A DNA stretch of 64,000 bases from a bacterium (GTDB taxonomy: Bacteria > Patescibacteriota > Minisyncoccia > Phycocordibacterales > Phycocordibacteraceae), in NCBI GenBank assembly GCA_037200965.1, contig JBBCGK010000001.1, forward strand, positions 433,992 to 497,991, written 5' to 3'. The translations under genes were made by a program, and so were the position numbers. How positions within the stretch are numbered: the stretch's first letter is position 1; each line of letters begins with the position of its first letter. This document shows positions 57,539-64,000 of the stretch, piece after piece. The notes beneath the pieces are model-generated. The model was not told the DNA's origin, made no database searches, and saw only the letters and a list, made by a program, of their open reading frames with translations.

Positions 57539-57677
57539 AACAATTTAATGCCTTCCTTCTGGCAGCAGACCACTAGGAGCGGCAGACGGCCGTTCATTAT
57601 CAGCGTGGATCATTGGCTGGACCGAGCCCCAATCGGTGACTGATTCGTACGGCTAAAGACCGCTCGGGTCAACTAAG

Positions 57678-57713
57678 GTTGCACAACCTCCTTTTTACGA
57701 ACGATCCTGCAGG
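57678..57713 (+). repeat. Array repeat R6 (cas-proximal)
   Basis: Exact 36-mer, 32 bp from the cas2 stop codon (57746). Confidence 0.98.
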
Positions 57714-57745
57714 AGTCCGTGTATATTGAGCGGTAACGCGAATTA

Positions 57746-58042
57746 CTAGACAATCTCAAAGGACTTGATCTTATAATACTCCCCGATAACGGCATCGGCA
57801 GTTGAATTAAGTGCGCATGATTTGCAGGAAGAAAATAGATGCAGCCGATCCCGTTTTCCCGTGAATAGCGATCGCATCTTCATTTCAAATTCCCGGCGCT
57901 CCTTAAAGGAAAGGCGTCCGACGTAGAGAGTCTGTTGAAGTGCGGATAAACCATAGTCCTTTGATAACTTTTCCGCGCGGATCTGGCGCTGCCGATTGGC
58001 GGTTCTCCAGGCGACTATTGCAAGGAAGCATGGATCATTCAT
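57746..58042 (-). CDS. cas2: Cas2-like protein (atypical)
   Basis: 98 aa, overlapping the cas1 stop by 4 nt. The pattern FLAIVAW-R..RQRQIRAEKLSKDYGL-SALQQTLYVGRL-SFKERREFEMKM...DRLHLF follows the Cas2 ferredoxin fold (beta-alpha-beta-beta-alpha-beta). The usual Y-D at the end of strand 1 reads W-R here. Confidence 0.6.
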   Translation of the reverse strand: MNDPCFLAIVAWRTANRQRQIRAEKLSKDYGLSALQQTLYVGRLSFKERREFEMKMRSLFTGKRDRLHLFSSCKSCALNSTADAVIGEYYKIKSFEIV

Positions 58043-59094
58043 GGTGCCGCATATTCAAACGGCACATATAAGGGCGCTTTTTCAAGAAATACCCGGCTTA
58101 AGAGCTCGCTCTGTTCCGTAATGGTATTGCGGAGCGTACGGCGTTTCCCGTGATGGAGGACTTTCGACTCGAGGCGCTTAAGCACCGCCTCAACCACCTT
58201 GCTCTTTCCTTGCGCAGAAAGCCGATATTCGATCTTGCTTACCTGCTCGAAATCGCCGCGCTTGCCAAGTTCCTGAGAAATGAAGAGCGGCATGACTGCA
58301 GCGTCGACGACGGGGACCCGAAACTCTTCGACCAGATCGAGGACGAGCGCGGGCTTGCCGTAACGCTCGGAATGATAAAGTCCGAGATACGGGTCGAGAC
58401 CGATATAAAGGCACGCCCGCTCGACTTCGTTATAGAGGATGCCGTATCCGTAATTAAGAGCGCTGTTGAACTTGTCCCTGCCTTGCGGTATCCGGCCCGG
58501 GAACTTAAAAAGCGATTTCATGCCTTGCCAATAGCGCTCTGCAATGGATCCTTCAAGGCCAAGCAGTTCCTCGTTCACCCGGTTGCTCGGAAGCAGCTTC
58601 GCTATCGACTCAAAAACCGCCTCCGCCTGCATCCGCTCCTTCGCATTCTCCGCACCGTATCGGTCGGCAAGATGGCGCATAAAGCGGATTTGGTTGCGGC
58701 ACTTACCGACAACGAAGGTACGCGCAAGTTCGAAGGATTTAGCCGGATCGGAGGAAGTCGTAAGCTGTGCGCGGCGCAATGTCGCGAGCCCCTTCGGGTC
58801 GCTTGAGAAAATGCGCCCGACGGGTTTCCCAAATGCGCCGAGATAGACGATATCGACTTCGTGCTCGAGCGCGAGTTGCACCGCATGCATGGAAATGGAG
58901 GACGGACGGAGTATGACGATCTTAGCAAGCCGCCGGACCGGATACTCCTTCTTAACCCGGAGAAGCTTTACCGCAGTTCCCCGCTTGCGACGCCTGCCAC
59001 CCCCAAGCGGCTTTCGCGGAACCGGGAGACTGACCGTAATACGCTCGCCCGTCGCGCCGATGAAGCTGCCATAGGTATCTATCAGCAAATCCAT
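58039..59094 (-). CDS. cas1: CRISPR-associated integrase Cas1
   Basis: 351 aa. N-terminal beta domain (LLIDTYGSFIG...), LGLEGSIAERYW (catalytic Glu), NSALNYGYGILY, and GLYHSERYGKPALVLDLVEEFR (catalytic His and Asp/Glu) all match Cas1 motifs. Confidence 0.88.
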   Translation of the reverse strand: MDLLIDTYGSFIGATGERITVSLPVPRKPLGGGRRRKRGTAVKLLRVKKEYPVRRLAKIVILRPSSISMHAVQLALEHEVDIVYLGAFGKPVGRIFSSDPKGLATLRRAQLTTSSDPAKSFELARTFVVGKCRNQIRFMRHLADRYGAENAKERMQAEAVFESIAKLLPSNRVNEELLGLEGSIAERYWQGMKSLFKFPGRIPQGRDKFNSALNYGYGILYNEVERACLYIGLDPYLGLYHSERYGKPALVLDLVEEFRVPVVDAAVMPLFISQELGKRGDFEQVSKIEYRLSAQGKSKVVEAVLKRLESKVLHHGKRRTLRNTITEQSELLSRVFLEKAPLYVPFEYAAP

Positions 59095-59149
59095 GGGGCG
59101 TATATACTACCGCCTTGACCTAGTGTCAAGGATCACGCAACGCCCTCGC

Positions 59150-60580
59150 TTACCCAAGCCTCGGAAACAGATTCTCCGGTTTCTTATTTTCCGTAACCGC
59201 CTCTTTTATTTTCTCGCTCGTCGACGGCATGAAAGGACTGAGGAAACGGGCAATCCAATAGAGCTCGGCGGCGAGCCCGGCAATGATCGCTCTTCCCTTT
59301 TCCGGATCGTTCTTCACGAGCTTGAACGGCTCTTCGGCCGTGATGCGTTCGTCGGCAGCTTGTATGCGCGCGAATATGTAATCGAGCGCCTGATCGAAAC
59401 GGAAAGCTGCGAACGCATCAATATATTCTTTCGGAAACGCTTCCGACGGGGCAGGACGCGCGACCGGCTCCGGAAGGTGCGTCTCGGCAAGCTTCATCAC
59501 ACGCGCGACGAGGTTCCCGAGGCCGTTCGTAAGATTCGCGGTATACCACTCATCAAGCCGCTCCCACGTGACATCGGAATCTTCAACCGGATGCACGTGC
59601 CGAAGCAGCATGTAGCGGGTGGCGTCCGTACCGTATTTCGCAACAAGCTCGCCCGGGCTTATGACATTCCCGAGACTCTTGCTCATCCGCTGCCCGCCGG
59701 AATTTATGAATCCGTGATAGAAGACCTGATCGGTGTTCTTAATGCCGGCCGAAAAGAGCATCGCCTGCCACATAAGCGACTGGAATCGCACCTGATCCTT
59801 CCCTGCCGTCTGGAGCGTTTGTCCTTCCTCCCAGAACTTCTTGAAATTGCCGTCCGCGTCTCCGGGCCATCCGAGCGCCGAGATGTAGTTCGTAAGAGCG
59901 TCGAACCAGACGTACATAACCTGCGTATCGTCTCCCGGAACCGGAACCCCCCACGAAAGCCGCGCTTTCTCGCGCGAGATACTGAAATCCTCGAGCCCTC
60001 CTTTCACGAAGCTGAGCGCCTCCTCCCTCCTCCACTCAGGAATTACGACATCCGGACGGGCGAGGTACTCGATCAGGCGGTCCTGATACTTTGAATATCT
60101 AAAGAAATGATTTTCTTCCGAAATCTCCTGGAGCTCGAGATTTGGGTGGAGCACGCAATGCCCGTCGGCCAGCTCCTTTTCCGTCTTGTACGCTTCGCAT
60201 CCGACGCAATACCAGCCAACATAGGCCTTCTTATATATATCCCCCGCTGCCTCGCACCGCTTCCACATCTCCTCGGCAGCCCTGATATGCTCGGGGCTCG
60301 TCGTCCGCATGAACCCGTCGTTAGTGAGTGCGAGCGTCTCCCTAAGCGAGCGTACCCGTCCCGCATAGTCGTCGACGTAGGCCTGCACATCCTGTCCTAC
60401 TTTTTCGGCTGACTGGAATATCTTTTGCCCGTGCTCGTCGGTTCCAGTCGAGAAAAATACTTCTTCGCCAGAAAGCCGCCAGAAACGCGCAAGCGCGTCG
60501 GCCTGCACAAGCTCGAGCGCGAAGCCGATATGCTGATCGGCATTCACGTACGGAATCGTTGTCGTTACGTATCTCGCCAT
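59150..60580 (-). CDS. metG: Methionine--tRNA ligase
   Basis: TTTIPYVNADQHIGFA (HIGH-type), FSTGTDEHGQKI, CVGCEAYK zinc knuckle and GQRMSKSLGN (KMSKS). Confidence 0.92.
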   Translation of the reverse strand: MARYVTTTIPYVNADQHIGFALELVQADALARFWRLSGEEVFFSTGTDEHGQKIFQSAEKVGQDVQAYVDDYAGRVRSLRETLALTNDGFMRTTSPEHIRAAEEMWKRCEAAGDIYKKAYVGWYCVGCEAYKTEKELADGHCVLHPNLELQEISEENHFFRYSKYQDRLIEYLARPDVVIPEWRREEALSFVKGGLEDFSISREKARLSWGVPVPGDDTQVMYVWFDALTNYISALGWPGDADGNFKKFWEEGQTLQTAGKDQVRFQSLMWQAMLFSAGIKNTDQVFYHGFINSGGQRMSKSLGNVISPGELVAKYGTDATRYMLLRHVHPVEDSDVTWERLDEWYTANLTNGLGNLVARVMKLAETHLPEPVARPAPSEAFPKEYIDAFAAFRFDQALDYIFARIQAADERITAEEPFKLVKNDPEKGRAIIAGLAAELYWIARFLSPFMPSTSEKIKEAVTENKKPENLFPRLG

Positions 60581-61630
60581 TTATGCCGCAAGGCGCGCGC
60601 GCTCCCTGCGCGCCTTGTCAATGTCGCTCACGAACTCCTGGAGAATCGCCGCGAGCGGGACCGAGAGGAAAACCCCGAGGAACCCGGCGAGTTCCCCGCC
60701 CGCGATAAGGGCGACGATGACGAGGAGCGGCGGCACGCCGATGATCTTCTTCACCACGAGCGGGTAGATGAGGTTCGCCTCGAACTGGTTCACGACGACG
60801 AAGAGCCCGGCGACAATGAACGCAAGGGGCGTCCCGCCGAATGTCCAGGCGACGACGATCGCCGGAACCGCCGCGATGAAGGAGCCGAAGACCGGGATGA
60901 TTTCGCACATCGCCGTGAAGATGCCAAGAAGCAGAGCATAGGGAACGCCGAGAATGAGGAGGCCGAGATAGACGAGAATGCCTGCGAGAAGCGACATGAG
61001 AAGCTGTCCCTGCATCCAGAGGCCGATCTTCTGCTGCGAACGCCGCCAGAGGCCGACGACATACTGCTCCTTCGAGACCGGCGTGATGAGGCGTATGAAA
61101 TCCTCGACGCCCGACTCCTGCACGGAGAAATAAAACGAGAGGACGATAACGAGGAAGAGCGAGAACGCGCCGCCGAAGAACGCGGCAAGAAGATTGATCG
61201 CGCCTTGGGAACCGGCCGCAAGCCCGTCGCGAAGCGCGAGCAGCTCGCCAAGCACGTTGCCTCCCCCGCCCTGGTCGGTGAGCGAAGCGGGAAGATTCAC
61301 GCTCTCAAGATAGTGCGGGACGCTTGAGAAGAAGCCGCCCGCCTCGTCGAGTATCGGCGGGAAGAAGAAAAACAGCACGATGAACACCGCGCCGAACACG
61401 ATGAGATACATGGCAAGGACCGCCAACACGCGCGGGAAGCGGTACCGCATAAAGAAATGCACGCCGGGGCGTATCGCCGAGGCGAGGACGACGGCGGTAA
61501 TGAGGAGAAGCACGAGGCCCTTGAGCGTCCAGAGGGCATAGGCGCCCGCGGCGATAACGAGCGCCATGAGCATCGTTCCCGGGGTGATGGTGATCGAGAA
61601 CTGCTTATCCATGGCGGAATAGTAACACAA
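60581..61630 (-). CDS. AI-2E family transporter (PerM/TqsA-like permease)
   Basis: 349 aa, about eight TM segments. EIIPVFGSFIAAVPAIVVA and the C-terminal LSVPLAAILQEF are typical of the family. Confidence 0.8.
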   Translation of the reverse strand: MCYYSAMDKQFSITITPGTMLMALVIAAGAYALWTLKGLVLLLITAVVLASAIRPGVHFFMRYRFPRVLAVLAMYLIVFGAVFIVLFFFFPPILDEAGGFFSSVPHYLESVNLPASLTDQGGGGNVLGELLALRDGLAAGSQGAINLLAAFFGGAFSLFLVIVLSFYFSVQESGVEDFIRLITPVSKEQYVVGLWRRSQQKIGLWMQGQLLMSLLAGILVYLGLLILGVPYALLLGIFTAMCEIIPVFGSFIAAVPAIVVAWTFGGTPLAFIVAGLFVVVNQFEANLIYPLVVKKIIGVPPLLVIVALIAGGELAGFLGVFLSVPLAAILQEFVSDIDKARRERARLAA

Positions 61631-61677
61631 AGGGCGCTCCGAATGGAGCGCCCTGAGTTTCCGTTTCCGGCACTCCT

Positions 61678-62199
61678 TCAGCGTGCCGCAGCGCCAAGCT
61701 GCTCGTCGGGGAGCCTGTCGTCGGGCGACATGAAGAGCGCAACCACCCCAAGGACGACAGACAGAAATCCGAATCCCGGATTAGCTCCGAGGCCTGCGGA
61801 GAGGAGCACGAGCGCGGGCATGGTGAGCGAAATCGTCGTCGCCCCCAAGTGGAGGACCGGGTGTTCGATCGCGTTCACGCTGCGCGGATAGCCGAAGTCC
61901 GAGACGTAAAGCAGAAGAAGCAGTGTGGCTGCGGTACTCGCGACGCCGATCACCCAAGAACCGCCGAGGAAAAGCATGACGGTGCCCGCGGCCGCAAAGA
62001 CTGCCGAAGGCGCCGCAATGGTTGCCTGCATTTTATTCATCTTTTGCAGGATGCCCATGCCGACCGCAAGCAAGAATACAATACCCATCACCCTATTCTG
62101 CTGGGCGAGCACATTGACATGAAACAGGGAGCTGGTGACGTAAAAGTACAAAGGACCGGTTGCCATGAGGGCAGCCGCGAATATCTTGTTCATGAGCAA
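61678..62199 (-). CDS. Hypothetical integral membrane protein
   Basis: 173 aa, five or six hydrophobic segments. Confidence 0.55.
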   Translation of the reverse strand: MLMNKIFAAALMATGPLYFYVTSSLFHVNVLAQQNRVMGIVFLLAVGMGILQKMNKMQATIAAPSAVFAAAGTVMLFLGGSWVIGVASTAATLLLLLYVSDFGYPRSVNAIEHPVLHLGATTISLTMPALVLLSAGLGANPGFGFLSVVLGVVALFMSPDDRLPDEQLGAAAR

Positions 62200-62285
62200 T
62201 CTCCCGATTTGGCACGCAGGATGCGGGCCGAGCCTCTGAGCAGCAGAGTAGCGCTGCTTGTAGAAAGTGCAAGAGGTTCTTCTGC

Positions 62286-63683
62286 TTATGAAAGCGTTGC
62301 CCTTAGTCTCTCGGCAACCTGCCCGACCGTAAGGCGCTCCTGCGCTCCGGTATCCCGGTCGCGAAGCGTCACGGTGTCCTTAAGTTCCGGCATCTCCCCG
62401 AGCGTATCGAAGTCGATTGTCACGCACCAGGGCGTTCCGATCTCGTCCTGCCTCCGGTAGCGCTTGCCGATGTTGCCGTTATCGTCCCAGGCGATTGCCG
62501 GATGGATCTTCTTAAGGGCCGCGCGCACTTCCCTCGCCTTTTCGACGAGTTCCGGCTTGTTTTTGAGGAGCGGAAAGACCGCCGCTTTCACCGGCGCGAC
62601 CTTCGGCGAGAGCGCGAGACGTATCCGCTTTTCTCCGCCAAGTTCGTCCTCCTGATACGCATCGAGAAGAATCGCGAAGAACAGGCGCCCGACACCTCCC
62701 GAGGATTCTATGATGTGCGGGATGAAGCGGGTGCCGCTTTCTTCGTCGAAGTAATCGAGCGACTTCCCGCTTCCTTTCGAGTGCTGCGTAAGGTCGTAAT
62801 CGCCGCGCGCGTGAATACCCTCGAGCTCGTCGAACCCCCACGGGAAACGATATTCGATATCCCACGCGTCTTTCGCATAGAACACGAGATTCTCATGCCG
62901 TTTCCAGCGAAGATTGTCCGCGTCAAATCCCAGTTCGAGGATCGCATTCCATCGGTACTCCCTGAGTTTCTCGTACTCGGACATCTCCTGCTCCGGACGC
63001 GTAAAATACTGCATTTCCATCTGTTCGAACTCGCGCCCGCGAAAGAGAAACTGCCGCGGCGATATTTCGTTCCGGAACGCCTTGCCGATCTGCGCGATGC
63101 CAAACGGCAATTTCATGGGGTTCGAGTCGAGCACGTTCTTGTAGTCCACGTAAATGCCCTGGCATGTCTCTCCGCGAAGATATGCCGGGGCGCTGCCCTG
63201 TTCGGTGAAGTCGCCGAGATTCGACTTCACGAGCAGATTGAACTTTCGCGCCAGAGAGAAATCGTGGCTCCCGCACTTCTCGCACGCGATTTCCGCCCGG
63301 TGCGCGTCGAAGAGCTTGTTTATCTCGTCCTCGCTCATCTTCTCGTCAGCCACGATTCCTATCGATTCGAGCGCCTTATCAACCCGTATGCGCGTATTGC
63401 ACACCTTGCACTCCGCCATCGGGTCTGAGAAGCCTTTCGTATGGCCGCTCGCTTCCCAGACGCGCGGATTCATGAAGATCGCCGCATCGAGGCCGACGAT
63501 ATCGTCCCGATCGTATACCATCTTTCTCCACCACTGCGCTTTCAGGTTGTTTTCGAGTTCGACGCCGAGAGGGCCGAAATCGTAGACCCCGGCGAAACCG
63601 CCGTAGATTTCGGAGCTCGGATACACGAACCCCCGGCGCTTCGCGAGCGACACGATCTTCTCCATCTTGTCCGCAGCCTCCAT
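62286..63683 (-). CDS. glyQS: Glycine--tRNA ligase (dimeric class II type)
   Basis: MEKIVSLAKRRGFVYPSSEIYGGFAGVYDFGPLG, FRNEISPR, GIAQIGKAFRNE and an anticodon-binding C-terminus. The start is probably at MEKIVSL (63665). Confidence 0.92.
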   Translation of the reverse strand: MEAADKMEKIVSLAKRRGFVYPSSEIYGGFAGVYDFGPLGVELENNLKAQWWRKMVYDRDDIVGLDAAIFMNPRVWEASGHTKGFSDPMAECKVCNTRIRVDKALESIGIVADEKMSEDEINKLFDAHRAEIACEKCGSHDFSLARKFNLLVKSNLGDFTEQGSAPAYLRGETCQGIYVDYKNVLDSNPMKLPFGIAQIGKAFRNEISPRQFLFRGREFEQMEMQYFTRPEQEMSEYEKLREYRWNAILELGFDADNLRWKRHENLVFYAKDAWDIEYRFPWGFDELEGIHARGDYDLTQHSKGSGKSLDYFDEESGTRFIPHIIESSGGVGRLFFAILLDAYQEDELGGEKRIRLALSPKVAPVKAAVFPLLKNKPELVEKAREVRAALKKIHPAIAWDDNGNIGKRYRRQDEIGTPWCVTIDFDTLGEMPELKDTVTLRDRDTGAQERLTVGQVAERLRATLS

Positions 63684-63711
63684 ATCGAATCCGTTATAGC
63701 AAAGCCGCGGA

Positions 63712-64000
63712 TTATTGCACGTCCGACGTGTCCGGACGGTACGCCGGATCGCGGTCCATTTGCGTCGTGACGACGCTTCCCTGTCCCGTGACCGTCACCT
63801 GCGCGAAACGGTCGACGCCCGTGATCGTCGGCGCGTTTACCAAGACCGGACTTCCCCCGCGCTGGTTGACGCTTGGCGTGAAGCCGATCTGGAACATCGC
63901 CTGAGCCGAGGCGCCTGCGGCTATGTCGCCCGCGCTCCAGGTAACGGTGCGGGACGACGGGTTATAGGAAACGGAACCGTCGGCGGGAGAGGTCGCGCCG
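63712..64000 (-). CDS. C-terminal part of a beta-rich surface/repeat protein (5' end outside the window)
   Basis: The frame is open to the window edge: ...SYNPSSRTVTWSAGDIAAGASAQAMFQIGFTPSVNQRGG...VTVTGQG resembles DUF11-type conserved-repeat domains. Confidence 0.45.
   Translation of the reverse strand, partial: GATSPADGSVSYNPSSRTVTWSAGDIAAGASAQAMFQIGFTPSVNQRGGSPVLVNAPTITGVDRFAQVTVTGQGSVVTTQMDRDPAYRPDTSDVQ

Larger units (their letters stand above)
54775..57677. other. Insert S5 (2903 bp): three-gene minus-strand operon ending in a truncated patatin gene
   Basis: Bounded by R5 and R6. The patatin ORF is cut by R5 before its catalytic Asp motif. Confidence 0.75.
38559..57713. CRISPR. CRISPR-like array: six identical 36-bp direct repeats separated by five kilobase-scale, gene-bearing inserts
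   Basis: The exact 36-mer GTTGCACAACCTCCTTTTTACGAACGATCCTGCAGG occurs at 38559, 40775, 51744, 53328, 54739 and 57678, all in the same orientation. The last copy is 32 bp from the cas2 stop. Inter-repeat distances are 2180, 10933, 1548, 1375 and 2903 bp. The transcribed strand is unknown. Confidence 0.8.

Noticed and set aside
38559-57713. Integron-like gene-cassette array using the 36-bp repeats as attC-type sites
   Set aside because: There is no tyrosine integrase (IntI) nearby. Several boundary genes are truncated rather than being complete promoterless cassettes. Gene orientation is mixed. The repeats are identical rather than imperfect palindromic attC sites, and they sit next to cas1-cas2.
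38559-57713. Metagenome assembly chimera joining unrelated contigs through a CRISPR repeat
   Set aside because: This is not fully rejected. It would require each foreign segment to be flanked by the exact 36-mer on both sides in the reads, which itself implies real repeat-insert junctions. Only read-level evidence can settle it, so it is listed as the main refutation test rather than as a finding.
38559-57713. 36-mer as a dispersed MITE/REP-type element inserted into pre-existing genes
   Set aside because: At no junction do the interrupted ORFs resume across the repeat. The sequences on the two sides are unrelated (for example the SpvB N-terminus against antisense tail fibre), and I saw no copies elsewhere in the 64-kb window.
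59093-63428. Long plus-strand ORFs (59093-60094, 60425-61327, 62502-63428)
   Set aside because: They are antisense to metG, the AI-2E permease and glyQS respectively, and no motifs are present.

Overview
The window looks like a compact bacterial genome of the Candidate Phyla Radiation / Patescibacteria type; that assignment is inferred from gene content. The rRNA genes are unlinked: a partial 16S at 1-2090 and a 23S-5S pair at about 14761-20240, all on the minus strand. They carry four group I introns, three of which encode LAGLIDADG homing endonucleases, plus one further ORF-bearing insertion in the 23S. Between them lie tightly packed housekeeping genes: pyrH, secDF, a dinJ-yafQ pair, folD, cell-envelope glycosylation genes, ftsW/rodA, rplJL, an OmpR-type regulator, two large surface proteins, ftsK, recA, an ECF sigma factor, efp, rpsF-ssb-rpsR, tatD, metG and glyQS. 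The outstanding locus is 38559-59094. A stand-alone cas1-cas2 operon with no effector gene in the window sits 32 bp from the last of six perfectly identical, directly oriented 36-bp repeats (GTTGCACAACCTCCTTTTTACGAACGATCCTGCAGG). The sequences between these repeats are not 30-40 bp spacers. They are gene-bearing inserts of 2180, 10933, 1548, 1375 and 2903 bp. Most insert ends that abut coding sequence cut an ORF in mid-sequence, and at every junction the sequences on the two sides of the repeat are unrelated. The inserts differ visibly in base composition and gene content: a MazG-like/PurA-like (MazZ/PurZ-like) pair, a GC-rich proteobacterial-style mobile-element fragment, a phage tail-fibre fragment, a PRTase fragment, and a patatin/papain-like operon. 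Gene orientation is mixed across inserts. I read this as a CRISPR array whose 'spacers' are kilobase-scale captured DNA fragments. I am not aware of a described system with this architecture. An assembly artefact cannot be excluded from the sequence alone. All coordinates of RNA features and intron boundaries come from by-eye alignment and are approximate.
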